A stretch of 64,000 nt of DNA, taken from Lama glama (taxonomy: Eukaryota). The notes beneath the pieces were generated by a model. The model saw only the letters and a list, made by a program, of their open reading frames with translations. It ran no database searches and was not told the origin of the DNA. The DNA lies in assembly GCA_028534125.1 (NCBI GenBank), contig CM052816.1:26538001-26602000 (forward strand), in the 5' to 3' direction. Within the stretch, counting starts at the first letter, position 1, and each line of letters begins with the position of its first letter. Positions 11,296 to 25,190 of the stretch are shown piece after piece. The position numbers were made by a program, and so were the translations under genes.

Positions 11296-12204
11296 TAAAA
11301 ACATACAAGTTTAGATTTAAATAGGATGACATTTGAATTTTAAACAGAATTTTAATAACCTGAAGTAACTGGAAAGTTCTGGCATTTGTTCAAGGATGTA
11401 GTTAAGCATTGGAGAGATTTAACAGAGTACAAGTAGTGAGTGAAGAAAAATTAAATGGATTCAGGCTTATATCCTATTGAGTAGAGACTGCTCAATTAAC
11501 CAACTATAATCCCATTATGGAACATTCAATTACACATAAAATGATGCAATCAGTTGCTTATGGAACACACATATATAATAAAAGTTAATAAAAGTTAAAA
11601 AAAGGACAGGAATATGAACATTAATGCAGACATTTAAGAGAATACTCAGAAAGGAAAAGGAAGTGCAGGGTGGTCAAAGGGATTAAGAAGGGTATGAAAG
11701 GGTCTCCAACTTTTTCTTAAAAGGCAAAGATTAAAAAATAATAAAATGTTAATATTTGTTAAATCTAGGTGGGGTCTTTAAGAGTATTTGCTAAATATTT
11801 GCCTGTAACCATTGTTTAAATATTTCATATTAAAAAGCAAGATAGGTCTTTATAGACTAATAGAAAATTCTTCATATATTAATAGAAAATTATCTCCAAG
11901 ATTTACTGCAAGCCATCACAATTTCATAGCTTGCTTGCATTGTATACAGAAAAATTCCTGAATACCCAGGAAACTGTTGCTAGTCATTGCCCCTGGAATA
12001 AGAAAGAAACTTAACTTCATTGTATAATCTTTAGGAACAACTGAATATTTCTTTTCAGTGATATTTACTAATAGATAATGTTATTAAATGAGTGATTTAG
12101 ATTATATGATCTTTAAGGTATTTATAGGTTCTAAAATGCTATATAATCATACAACTTTCCAGAAAGGACTTTATTCTGAGGTCTAAAGACAATTTTGAGA
12201 ACAC

Positions 12205-13310
12205 ATTTTTATAATTGAAGTATAGTTGATTTATAATATTTTGTTAGTTTCAGGTGTACAGCAAAGGAGTCAGTTATACATTTTTTCAGATTCTTTTCCA
12301 CTGTAGGTTATTACAAGATTTTGAATATAGTTCCCTGTGTTATACAGTAAATACTTACTGTTTACCTATTTTATGTATAGTAGTGTGTATCTGCTAATCC
12401 TAAGTCCCTAATTTATCCCTTCCCTGACTCCTTTCCCCTTTGGTACCCATAAGTTTATTTTCTATGTCTGTGAGTCTGTAGCTGTTTTGTAAATAAGTTA
12501 AGATGTACTTTTTTTTAGATTCCACATAAGTGACATCATATGTCTTTTTCTGTCTGACTTACTTCACTTAGTATGATAATCTTTAGAACCATCCATGTTG
12601 CTGCAAATGGCAATATTTTATTCTTTTTTATGGCTTAGTAATATATGTATGTATGTATACCACATCTTCTTTATCCATTCCTGCATGGGTGGACACTTAC
12701 GTTGCTACCACGTCTTGGCTATTGTAAATAGTGCTGCTATAAATATTGGGTTTTCAAATTAGAGTTTTAGTCTTTTCCAGTTAGATGGCCAGGAGTAAGA
12801 TTGCTAGGTCATATGGTGACTCTGTTTTTAGATTAAAAAAAACTCCATATTGTTTACCATAGTGGCTGCACCAGTTTACATTCCCATCAATAGTGTAGGA
12901 GGGTTCCCTTTTCTCCACATCCTCTCCACATTTATTATTTGTAGACTTTTTAATTATGGCCATTCTGACCAGTGTGAGGTGATTATAGTTTTGATTTGCA
13001 TTTCTCTAATAGTTAGCAATGTTGAGCATCTTTTCCTGTGCCTGTTGGCCATCTGGATGTCTTCTTTGGAGACATGTCTGTTTAGGTCTTCTGCCCATGT
13101 TTTTAATCAGTTTTGTTTTTTTGATATTGCATTGTATGAGATGTTTGTATATTTTGGAAATTAAGCCTTTGTTGGTCACATTGCAAATATTTTCTCCCAA
13201 TCTGTAGGTTGTCTGTTTTGTTTATGGCCTACTTTGCTGTGTAAAATCTTATAAGTTTGATTAGGTCCCATTTGTTTACTTTTGCTTTTATCTCTTTTGC
13301 CTTCGAGACT
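12205..13310 (-). mobile_element. Artiodactyl-type L1 3' end
   Basis: ttttataattgaagtatagttgatttataatat...; - strand [27 protein letters not shown] is the L1 ORF2 C-terminus. Confidence 0.9.
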
Positions 13311-13467
13311 GGAGATGACACATATTTTGAGTTGGGATACTTTATTAAAATTACCTTAGGGAAAAAGCATAAATATCTTCATCCTTCAACCAGCATTATG
13401 CTTGTACCACTTTAAAATTACTTAATACTAGTATATATGCATTGTGCTGCCATTGCACTGGATTTTT

Positions 13468-15481
13468 CCCCCAGTTTTATTGAGAAGTATTGAGATTCAT
13501 CACTGTATAATTTAAGGTGTGCAGCACAATGGTTTGACTTATATATTTACACTAAGTTCAGCTAACATCTATCATCTCATATAGATAAAATTAAAAAACA
13601 AAAATTTTCTCCTTGTGAGAACTTTTAGGATTTACTCTCTTAACAACTTTCCTGTACAGCAGTGTTAAATATAGTTATTGTGTTGTACATTACATTCCTA
13701 GCGCTTATTTTTCCTATAACTGGAAGTTTATACCTTTTAACCACCTTCATCCAATACCACCTCCTCTGCCCTCCACCTCTGCTTACCACCAGTTGTCTGA
13801 TCTATTTCTATGAGCTTTTCTGTTTGTTTGTTTGTTTGGTTGGTTTTTTTGGGGGGGATTTGTTTTTGTTTTTGCTTTTTAAGATTCCACATGTAAGTGA
13901 GATCATACAGTATTCTAAGTGATTTGTCCCACTTAGCATAATGCCTTCAAGGCCCAACCGTGTTGTTATAAATGGTAGCACTTCCTCATTTTTTTATGGC
14001 TGAATAATTACGTGTGTGTGTGTGTGTGTGTCCCCATCTGTCACAACTTCTTTATCCATTCACCCATTTGATGGACACTCAGGTTGTTTCTCTATCTTGG
14101 CTCTTGTAAATAAAGCTATGAAAAGAGAGGTGTAGATATATTTTTGAGTTAGTGTTTCATTTTCTTTGGATACTTTCCCAGAGGTGGAATTGCTAAATCT
14201 TACGATAATTCTATTTTCAATATTTTGAAGAACCTCCAAATTGCTTTCCATAGTGGCTTTACAATTTACAATCCCACCAGTAGTACACAGCAGTCTTATT
14301 TCTCCATTTCCATACCAGCATTTGTTAGCTCTTATCTTTTTGGTGACGGTCTTTCTAACAGGCATGAGGTGGTATCTCACTGAAGCTTAAATTTGCATTC
14401 CCCTAATAACTACATTGTTGAGCATCTTTTCATGTACCTGTTAGCCTTTCTTGTACCTTCTTTGGAAAATTATCTATTTAGAGCCTCTGCCCATAGTTCA
14501 ATGAGTGTTGTTTAATTTTCATGTGTTTGTGAACTTTCCAATTTTCCTCTTGTTATTAATTTCTAGTTTCATGCCATTGTGGTCAAAGAAGATTTTTGGT
14601 ATGATTTCAATTTTCCTGAATTTGCTAGGACTTGTTTTGTGGCCTAACATTTGGTGTGTCCTAGACCATGCTCCACTTGAGAGGAAGCACATTTTGCTAT
14701 TGTTCTGTATATGTCTATTAGATATATTTAGTCTATACTCTTGTTCAAATCTGTTTTTTTAAGTTGATTCTCTGATTTTTCCATTGTTGAGAGTGGGGTA
14801 TTAAAGTTCCCAAGTATTACTGTTTATTTCTCCTTTTAGCTCTGTTAGTTTGTTTTATTTATTTAGGAGCTCGGATGCTGGGCACACAAATATTTACATC
14901 ACCTTGATGGATTGACCATTTTATCATTGTGTAATGACCTTCTTTGTCTGTTTTTACCATTTATAGTTTAAAGTCTATTTGGTATGATATAAGAAAGCTA
15001 CCCATGCCTTTTTTAAATTTTTGGTTATCATTTGCTTGAAATGACTTTTTCCATCCCTTCACTCTTAGTCTATCTGTGTCTCAAAGGCTAAAGTGAGTCT
15101 CTTATAGGCAGCATATCATTGTATCTTGTTTTTATTCTTTCAGCCATTCTAAGTCTTTTGATTGGATAATTCTATCCATACTCCATTTACATTTACAGTA
15201 ATTATTGATAGGTAAGGACTTACTATCACCATTTTGTTATTTGTTTTTCTGGCTGTTTTGTAGCTCCATTGTTCCTTGCTTCTTATCCTACTTTTATCAT
15301 GTTTTGATGTCTTTTGGTATCAGTGTGCTTTGACTTCTCTACCACTTTCTTTTGCATCATCACTACAGGCTTTCTCCTTGTGGTTATGAAGCTTATGTAA
15401 AATATCTTAAAAGTATAACATCCTATTTTAAGCTGGTAACAATTTTACATCAACTTTACACTTTTACTGCTCCCCCTACAA
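13468..15481 (-). mobile_element. L1MA9-like L1 with large internal deletion, TSD tggattttt
   Basis: 3'UTR/ORF2 C-terminus at 13468-14490 joined to endonuclease/inter-ORF sequence at 14490-15481; TSD 13459-13467 and 15482-15490. Confidence 0.8.
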
Positions 15482-16097
15482 TGGATTTTTGTAAATAAAG
15501 TTATTGACCTTGGTTTCAACGTTTTAAAATCTTAAAATATCACCTGGGAGTATATACTAATTTGTCTACAGAAATTTCATATAATCAAAAGTTATAACAT
15601 ACATCCTGTTTCTACCATAACAGATTTAATATTCTGTTCTTAGTGATATTTAAAAATATTTAGGTTGTCCATTCTATTTTAGAACCAGCTTTAAGATAGC
15701 CTTGCATTCCTGTTAGGCATGCCTCATATTAATTATATAACTAGCAAAAGTCCTAAGATTATGCTTATATATATTCTTCATTATTTAAACTTTGATTAAC
15801 TGTTATTCAATTTAACATTTTTTAAACCAGGCAATTGTGCAGATATTGTGAGAGAAAGAAGACTAAGACATGGGGTTTGCAATCTAAATAGTCATGTGCA
15901 CAAATCACCTGTATAAGGTATACTGTGGGATTAGAGCTATAATGGAATTGAATGTTAAAAACTATTGTAATGACACTTAAAGGATACAAATACTTCAGAG
16001 CAGGAAGTTCATATAAGAGGTAGCATTTGAACAGGCCATAAAAGATGAAAAACTTAGAATTCCCTTATATTATTTCCTTTAAAATTACTCTTCTTTT

Positions 16098-16266
16098 AGT
16101 TGTGGTATATTTATACAATGGAATACTACTAAGTCATAAAAAAGAATAAAATATTGCCATTTGCAGCAACATGGTGGACCTAGAGATCGTCATTCTAAAT
16201 GAAGTAAGCCAGAAAGAGAAAGACAAATACCATATGGTAACAATCATATGTGGAATCTAAAAAAAA

Positions 16267-16342
<76 letters not shown>

Positions 16343-16657
16343 AAAAGGACACTATTAACTCATCTACAAAACAGAAACAGACTTGCAGACATAGTAAACA
16401 ATCTTATGGTTACCAGAGAAAGGGGATGAGAAGGGATAAATTTGGGAGTTCGAGATTTGCAAATGTTAGCCACTATATATAAAAATAGATTTTTTAAAAA
16501 GTTTCGTCTGTATAGCACAGGGAACTATGTTCAATATCTTATAATAACCTTTAATGAAAAAGAATATGAAAATGAATATATGTATGTATATGCATGACTG
16601 GGAGACTGTGCTGTTTATCAGAAATTGACACATTGTAACTGACTGTACTTCAATTTA
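16098..16657 (+). mobile_element. Young 5'-truncated L1 with 17-bp TSD
   Basis: TSD aaaattactcttctttt at 16081-16097 and 16658-16674; ORF2 end + 3'UTR. Confidence 0.92.
16259..16346 (+). repeat. (GAAA)n microsatellite inside L1 3'UTR
   Basis: Long perfect gaaa array. Confidence 0.95.
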
Positions 16658-16868
16658 AAAATTACTCTTCTTTTCTGTGAAGTGCTCAGAAGTCATTGTT
16701 TTCAATGCAGTTATTGAAAATTTTCTATATTTCTACATAAAGAAAAACTGTTTTTGTGTAAATGTATGCACTACCAAAAAAGAACGTAATTATAATGAAG
16801 TGTTAAAGTATCATATCCATAATGATACATTTATTAACAGCATGTAATTTTATTTTATGTCTTCTCAG

Positions 16869-16985
16869 GAGACATACTACACAGGAAAATCCAAACTGTA
16901 TCACTTATTCACTCAAGAATTTACTAGATAAAAGAACACCTATATTTCTTATTCAATATATATAATAAAGTATCAGATGGCCTAG
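16869..16985 (+). other. Candidate terminal exon of unidentified + strand gene
   Basis: Acceptor tttattttatgtcttctcag|, AATAAA at 16964-16969, non-repeat sequence. Confidence 0.4.
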
Positions 16986-17489
16986 ATCATTACAGTAATG
17001 AGAATTTAAAATACAGCATATTCATTGCTAAAAATGTCAGAGGTGGTCAGATAATAACAGCAACAACAACAACAAGTCCTAACACTTTGAGGTTTGGATC
17101 AAAAAAATTCCCGAAGAGAAACCTCCTAAACTTGCAGTGTGGAGGTCATGGGAAGCACTGATAGCAGCGATAGGAGTCCTGGTTTTAAATCCCAGCTCTG
17201 CTCCCTAACCTCTTAGCACCTCTACTTTCTGAGCTGTCCAAATGGTAACTCAAAGATTTATGCTGTAAGCATCACCTCTCTTAGGTAAATGTGCTTTATA
17301 AAATATAAATCATTATCAAATGTAGTAGTTTACCAGTCAGGGGTGACTTAAACTAGCTTATGACATCTTGCAGAAGGGAAGCTGGGGACCCCATATGGTG
17401 TATCCAATTAGGGCTTCCCCTTACAGTTTTATATTTACTATTGCACTGAGTAAATTTTGCTAAGAAATAGTTGAGGATACCTCTCTACA

Positions 17490-17665
17490 CAGTCAGCTAG
17501 CTGCATGATTATGTAATTTTTCTTCTACTCTACTCAGCTTTTGTTTCCTCATCGTAACAGTACCTCCTTTCTAGAGTATTTGGAGGATTAAATAAATAGC
17601 ACATGTGAACTACTTAGCACAATGCATACACTAAGTTCCGACTATATGACAGCTCTTATTATCAT
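17490..17665 (+). mobile_element. MIR SINE
   Basis: gtttcctcatc...gaggattaaataaatagcacatgtgaactacttagcacaatgc. Confidence 0.7.
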
Positions 17666-18079
17666 ATTCTCAGAGCAATGAGAGAGTATTTACTGATACA
17701 TTACGTAAGTCCTAATGAGAAAACCAACTTTCCAGCTTGTGAATCTACTCCTAAGGAGATATAAAAATGTGTTTTGAAGTTCACGGTTAAATTAAAAGAC
17801 TTTTTTTCTGGAATTATGCATTATTTCCTAGCATGTCTTATTGAAAATTTAAAATTCTTTTTACTTATTTGTTCTCTTTAAAACAATTCTTTCCCCTTTT
17901 CAATCCATCTTTTTCCTATTCTAAAGTATGTGCATACTTATAGAAGCACCTCCTTTGATCTTACAAATGGTTTGAAGGGGTATTCAGAACACAGTTCTGA
18001 CTGACACAATAATAAAGAAAAGAAAGGCCTATTAAAGGTTAACCAAGCCATAACTATTCCAAAAGAAATAAGGTTGGTT

Positions 18080-18700
18080 CACTAAATGTCATATCATAGG
18101 CCAAAATAAATCCCACCAGGGAAAAGTGTTTAAAAAAAAACCTCAGGGTGCTAAAGGATTTTTAAAACATAAGGCAAAGGAAGAATCCCTTATGGAAAGG
18201 ATTGATAGATTTAATTTCTTTCAGTCGAAAAGACAACATAAATAAAACTAAAAGGAAAACAACAAATTAGGAAAAATATGTGCAATATATATGACAGACT
18301 TATGCCTTTATTATAGAAGGAAATAATAAAGAGTTGTCAGCAAGGATGTATGTGAAAAGATTTTATAATTGTGATAAATTAAGCAAATAAAATGGGGATA
18401 GTTTATGGAACGGCTAAAAAATGAAGAGTATGCATTTATTAAAAATTACATTGTAAAAGAATACTTTAGAATGGTATACTTAAAATATACTTATAATACT
18501 TAATACTTAGAAAATGTTCACATTTAATTAAGTGAACATAATGTTTTAACACAGTGTGTTTAATATGGTACAAATTTTATGTAAGTGTGTATTTTCACAA
18601 AGTATGGTTAACTCTGGAAGACGTGATTATGGGTATTTTGAGTTTTCTTTTGCTTTTCTATGTTTTCCAAAATTTTAACAATGAATATATATTAACTGAA
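18080..18700 (+). mobile_element. Degraded old L1M fragments
   Basis: ggaaaaatatgtgcaatatatatgacaga; ttttctatgttttccaaaattttaacaatgaa. Confidence 0.5.
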
Positions 18701-20153
18701 ATCACAAATGATATTTTAAAAATACATCATAAATAGTTCAGAAGTAAATGACAACTGAGAAAACTATTTCAACATATTTAACACAAAGTTAACATTCTTA
18801 GTGCTGGGTCTCTTTTCTGAGCTAAATCTTACCTTTATCCTCTTAATTCCAATAATTAAACAGAGAAGTCATAAATGTTACATTTATGAATGTACCACAG
18901 AAAAAATTAGTGGACTTGATACAAAGGTCCAACCATGGAGTTAAAACAATTATGCTCACTCATAAGATAGAATGATGTGCATCCATTAAAAAATCACATT
19001 TTAAAGAATAATGTTATGATTAAATCAAATTGTAGAGCAGGCTGTTTGAAATCATCCCAATTAACATCAATTTTCCAATATCACCTTTCAATAAGGCCTC
19101 CCCTGACCCTAGGAGAAATGGATACATTTCTACAAACACACCAAGAGTAAATCATGAAAAAAAAGAAAATCTACACAGACTGATTAATACTAATAAGATT
19201 GACTCAGTTATCAAAAACTCACAACAAACAAAAGTCCAGGACTTAATGGTTTGCCTGGTGAATGCCACCAAACATTCAAAGAAGAATTAATATCAATCCT
19301 CAAATTTATCCAAAAAGAACACACTTTCAAACTCCTTTTACGAGGTCAGTATTATCCTGACACCAAAACCAGACAAGGATGTCACAAGAAAAGAAAAATT
19401 TAGGTCAATATCCCTGATAAGTATAGCAAAATTCTCAACAAAATGTTAGCAAATTGAATTCAACAATACACCAAAAGGATCACACAGCATGGTCAACTAG
19501 AATTTATTCCAGGGATGCAAGGATGTTGCAACATCTGCATAATGACCAGTGTGATACACATTAACAAAATGAAGGCTAAAAATCATATCATCACCTGAAT
19601 ATATGCAGAAAAAGCATTTGACGAAATTCATTATCCATTTATGACTAAAAACTCTCAAAGCGGGTATAGAGGGAAATTACCTCAATATAATAAAGGCCAT
19701 CTATGACAAGCCTGCAGCTAACACCATACTTAATGGTAAAAGCTAAAAGCTTTTCCTCTAAGATCAGGAACAAGACAAGGATACCCACTCTAACCATTTT
19801 CATTCAACATAGTATTGGAAGTCACAGCCAGAGTAATTATGGAAGAAAAAGAAACAAAATCATCTAAATCAGATAGGAAAAAATAAAACTGCCACTATTT
19901 GCAGATGATATAATATTATACATAGAAACACTGTAAAGATTCCATCAAAAGACCGTTAGGACTAATCAACAAATTCAGTAAAGTTGCAGAATACAAAATC
20001 AATATACAGAAATCTGTCACATTTCTAGAACTATAATGAACCATCAGAAAGAGGAATTAAGAAAATAATTCCATGTAAAGTATATCAAAAATAATAAAAT
20101 ACCTATCAAATTTAACCAAGGAAGTGAAAGGCTTATACACTAAAAATATAAGA

Positions 20154-20288
20154 CTTTTTTTTAACATTTTTTATTGAGTTATAATCATTTTAAAATGTTG
20201 TGTCAAATTCCAGTGTAGAGCACAATTTTTCAGTTATACATGAACATATATATAATCATTGTCACATTTTTTTGTCTGTGAGCTACCA
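20154..20288 (-). mobile_element. Young L1 3' end inserted antisense into L1 ORF2
   Basis: Reverse complement of 3300-3438-type end; imperfect TSD aaaatataagac / aaaatgtaagac. Confidence 0.85.
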
Positions 20289-21611
20289 AAAAAATGTAAG
20301 ACATTGATGAAAGAAATCAAAGAATACACAAATAAATGGAAAGATATTCCATGCTCATGGATTGGAAGAGTCAATATTGTAAAATGTCCATACTATATAA
20401 AGCAATCTACAGATTCAATGCAATCCCTGTCAAAATACCCATGGCATTTTTCACAGAAATAAAACAAACATCCCTAAAATTTGTATGTGACCACAAAGAC
20501 CCTCGAATAGCCAAAGTAATTCTGAGAAAGAAGAACAAACCTGGAGGCATTACACTCCCTGGTTTCAAACTGTATTACAAGGCTCTGGTAATCAAAATAG
20601 TATGGTATTGGCCTAAAAACACTAGATCAATGGGACAGAATAGAAAAGCTCAGAAATAAACTAATGCACATATGGTCAATGAATTTACAACAAAGGTGTC
20701 AAGAATATACAAGTGGAAAGGACAGTCTCTTGAATAAATGGTATTGGAAAAATTTGACAGCCACATGCAAAAAAAAAAAAGGGAACTGTACTATTTTCTT
20801 ACACCATACACAAAACTTAAAATGAATTCAAGACTTGAATGTAAGATCTGCAACCATAAAACTCCTCCAGAAAAACATAGATGGTAAACTTATCATTGGT
20901 CTTGGCAATGATTTTTTGGATTTGATACCAAAAGCAAAGGCAACAAAAGTAAAAACAAACAAGTGGGATGACATCGATCTAAACAGCTTCTGCACAGCAA
21001 AGCAAACTACCAACAACATGTAAATACAACCTACAGAACGGGAGTGGAAATCTGCAAATCACACATCTGAAAAGGGGCTAATTTCTAAAGTATATAAAGA
21101 ACTCATACACCTCAAAAGAAAAATCAAAAATCAAAAAATAAAACCTCAAACAATTCAAATTGAAAAATGGGCAGTGGATCAGAATAGACTTTTCCAAAGA
21201 CAGAGAGGGCCAATAGGTGCATGCAAGATGCTCAGCATCACTAATCATCAGGGAAATACAAATCAGAACTACAGTGAGTATCGTTTCCCATCTATTAGAA
21301 TGGTTATCTTCAAAATGACAAAAAATTACAAGTGTTCATGAGGATGTGGAAAAAGGGAACCCTTGTGTTGGTGGGAATGTACGCTGCTGCAATCACTAGG
21401 GAAAAAAATATGGAGCGTCCTCAGAAGATTTAAAAATAGAACTATCATACAATCCAGTAATTCTACTTTCAAGTATTTATCTGAAGAAAACAAAAACTCT
21501 TGCTTGAAAAGATACATGCACCCCCATGTTCAGTGCAGCATTATTTACAATAGCCAAGATATGGAAGCAACCTCAGTGTCCACTGACAAGATGAATAGAT
21601 AAAGAAACTTT

Positions 21612-21612
<1 letters not shown>

Positions 21613-21651
<39 letters not shown>
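21613..21651 (+). repeat. (CA)n microsatellite
   Basis: Perfect ca array. Confidence 0.95.
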
Positions 21652-21653
<2 letters not shown>

Positions 21654-22554
21654 TATTCTTTAGTCATTTAAATAAAAATGAAATCTTGCCATTTGGGACA
21701 ACATAGATGGACCTTGAGGGCACTATGCTAAGTAGAATTAAGTCAGAGAAAGACAAACACCATAAAAAATAAGAAGTATTCCACTGACGAAATAAAACTA
21801 TTTCTCTACCCTATTAAAAAAAAATTACAACCCCCCCTCTACTCTGTCCTAGCATCTCAGACCGCATTAATCAACCTGCATTATTTTTTTCTTTATACAC
21901 TTAATATCTTCTACCATTTCACTTCATTTTCCTTTTATTATGATGATTGTTTATTGTCCTTTTCTATATAGAACGTTAGTAGGTTCCTAATGAGAACTGG
22001 CTGAATGAACGAGTGACTGACTCTATGTGGACAGATACATTAAAAAAAAAAAATAGGAATACACCAAAATACTAACTCACTCTTTTTAGATGGTGTGATT
22101 ATTATTTTCTTTTTTGTACTTCCCAAATCGTACACATTTTTTGCAAAGAATGTGGATAACTTTTATAATAAGGGAAACTAGTGTGTGTACACATATATAA
22201 GTTTCTAGAATGTTAAATTAGATCTCCAGGGTAGATCTTTACCCCTGAGTCACTCTAGATATTGTACGTTTTCAAAGACTCCCTGGAGAAATGATTTTAC
22301 AATCTTTCTCATCAACCTATGCCAGGGTTTAACAACCCTGAGAGTCAAGAAATATTTCTATCTGACTTAGTTCTGCTTGCCACTGGCAAGGTTAAATGGT
22401 ACCTCTGGGTCTACTGTCAGGCATTAAACATGTGTTGAAGACAATAAAAAACGGAGCAGGAGAGAGAGAGACTTTTTTTTGAACAGTGAGTGAATAATGA
22501 CAATGAAAATAAACATAAGTAGGGGAGAGAAGAGGAGGAAACGCACAACAATTA

Positions 22555-22680
22555 TAAGTTGCAAACATTTACTGAGCATGCTTCATGTGCCAACACCCTA
22601 TACTGGATGCTACGGTTGCATAAAGTTGACTGTAACAGGGTGCCTGCCCTCAAGGAGTTTATAATGCAGCAGGAGAGCTC
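22555..22680 (-). mobile_element. L2 3' end fragment
   Basis: aaacatttactgagcatg...cctgccctcaaggagtttata. Confidence 0.65.
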
Positions 22681-24289
22681 AAGGTCTCATGTTTATGCTT
22701 TGTCTTCTCCCATAACCTCAGCGGGCATTTCTGACTATGGGCTTTCTGCTTCTTAGTAACTCTGTTAAAGAGGGCAGCTGCTGGGAATGCTGGACAGCTA
22801 AATGTAGTAACGCTGTTTGGACAGTGTAACAAGTGCTGGACTAATTTCAACCATCCTATGGATTATCTCCCATATGTATTATCTGCAGATTTTATTGGAC
22901 AGTGTCTTTTGTCTCATTTGAATCCTTGACTAGCTTTTCCTTAGCACAATTAGGACACAGGCTTGGCAGATTTCAAAATAACCCTAAGAATGGTCTAGGT
23001 GAAACAAACATGTAAATCTGGACTAGGAAAGAGAATTAGAATTCCAGAACTAAGCACAAGCAATTTCCAGATTTGTCATTTAGGTATGGATCCTAGGGTG
23101 TCTCTTTCTCTTGCCAGGAAATGGAGAGTAGTTTACAGGGCTGGTGTAAATCCTCCCTGCTTTCTACCTCCTGGGAGATGACAAAGAGTTAGCTGGTTAT
23201 TGTCTGTCACAGAATGTTTTTGATAAGCTACCTTTGATATTTTTCTTCAAAGAACCCAGTTTGACTTTCCCTCCTGAGTTTTTATTTTCTAGTTCTTCAC
23301 GCCCTCCTGAAGCTATGGGACCCTGAACCAACATCAGTGTTGCAAGGTTTGAATTTTATCAGATTTCAGAGTAATTGTACTTGGCTCTGATTTTGAATTT
23401 TACTTGCTTTTTACATCCTGATAAAATGTATTCCCTCAGGCACCAGTGTAACCAATATTACTGCTGATCTATACACCTTTGAGTCACGTAGACTCTGGTC
23501 CTTTCTGCCAGGCTCACACTGCCCTCCCCATGTCCAGCTTTGGTCCTCCTTTGGGCTGGCCAGCCATTGTGCTTTGGTGGAATAACTGTGGGAAATGAAG
23601 TCAGGAGACCTGGATTTGGGTCCCAGAATGACTATTTCCTGTCCCTGGCCTTGGTTAAACTGTTTCTCTCTAAATCCACCCATGGTGGTTGTGAGCATTC
23701 AACACAAGAGCAAAAGTGAAAATGCTTTGCAAACTGGAATCAAAATCATCAAGACCCACCTTCTGTTCTATCTTTTATTTTTGGTAGCAAATTTCTTGAA
23801 TTCCCCTTTCTCCTTCCCATTAAAAGGCATTTCCTTTGTTTAAAAGACTCCAGTGGCCCCATTTTACCTAGTTAATGTCCACTCTGCCTTCAGATGCATC
23901 CTAACTGTCTCTACACCAGCAAGCCTCCCCTGACTTCTTACGTGGGTAATTTCTTCTTAAAACATGCTTAATGATACCATGACTCTCTCCTCCTCAGCTC
24001 TTGGAACAGCTGTAATTTTAAAATGACTCTGAGTTTACTTTTCTTACCCTGTTCTGCCCTGTATTTGCTGTGTTTTCTCGTAATGGTTTGTTCTGAAGTT
24101 TTATAGATATAGGTGAGTTAACCTGAATTGTTGCCACAGTATCAACTTTTAGTCTGAAAACCAAAATATACTAATGACGGTAAATGTAATAAAAGCACAC
24201 AGTGAAAAAAGTAATTAGTTCATATAAAATACATCCTTTTTTGGTTTCAGATAATTGGGTCTCTGTTTCAGTGAAGTATAAACAGAAAT

Positions 24290-24742
24290 GCATATTCTGC
24301 AAAATGCCAAACTATGGAGAATGTAAAACAATCAGCAGTTGCCAGGGGTGGGATGAGAAGAGATGAACAGGCAGAACAGAGGATTCTTAGAGCAGGGAGG
24401 TACTGGTATGATATAACGATGATGGGTATGTGTCATTATATATTTGTACATATACATGTACATGTATGTATATGTACATGTATATGTATATGTATATGTA
24501 ATCTCCAAATCCACAGAACGTACACCAAGAGTAAGCCCTCAGGTAAACTATGGACCTTAGGTGATTACTATATGTTGATGTAGGTTCATCCCCAATTTTT
24601 AAAAAATGTACCTTTCTAGTGATGTTGACAATAGAGGAGGCTGTGTATCTGGAGACGGGGGGTATATGGGAAGTCTCCATCCCTCCGCTCTGTCAATTTT
24701 GTTGTAAGCCTAAAACTGCTCTAAAAAATAGTCTTTAAAAAA
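24290..24742 (+). mobile_element. L1MC-like 3' end with (TATATG)n/(TACATG)n expansion
   Basis: cattctgcaaaatgccaaactatggaga...gcctaaaactgctctaaaaaata. Confidence 0.8.
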
Positions 24743-24911
24743 ACTAGGGCATAAATCCTCATCTCCAGTTTCTGTTTAATAGTAGGCCACTTCACCTGGC
24801 TAGTTAAGTCTCCTAGATGAGGAACTATCTTAAAAGTGCTAATTAGATGATATTATACCCAATAAATACCTTTCCTTGGTTGAGGTGGTTTTAGAGGGTG
24901 GAAATTAACCT

Positions 24912-25190
24912 GATGTGGCAGTCACTGTGTTGCCTACCCAGTGACCTTTCACTCCTGCTCTCTTCCTTGTGAGCAGAACTCATCTCCCCAGAAAGGCCCA
25001 AATGTTCAACAGTTGGATACTCGGCCTTCCTCATAGCGGGAGCATGGGTGTAAGACCCAGGGGGATCTGAGGAGAGTGGCTTATGGGAAAGGCTTTTCTC
25101 CTTAATTACTACTACTCCTCCTGCTGCTGCCGCCACCTCTACTACTACTGCCACTTTTTTCTGCCTTGATGTTGTTATGTCAATAACATA
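24912..25190. mobile_element. Possible ancient ERVL-type LTR fragment (LTR16/LTR33-like)
   Basis: tgtggcagtcactgtgttgcctaccc...gaaaggcttttctcc; recognition is tentative. Confidence 0.35.

Larger units (their letters stand above)
19111..21790 (+). mobile_element. L1 ORF2 (RT to C-terminus), degraded
   Basis: ctatttgcagatgat (LFADD) at ~19895; [29 protein letters not shown]. Confidence 0.92.
19075..22020 (+). mobile_element. L2 3' end split by the 19111-21790 L1
   Basis: tcacctttcaataaggcctcccctgacc (19081) continues accctattaaaa...attacaacccc (21807) to tgaatgaacgagtga tail. Confidence 0.65.

Noticed and set aside
19111..21790. Reverse-transcriptase-like ORF fragments as a functional gene
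   Set aside because: Frameshifted, interrupted L1 ORF2 relic
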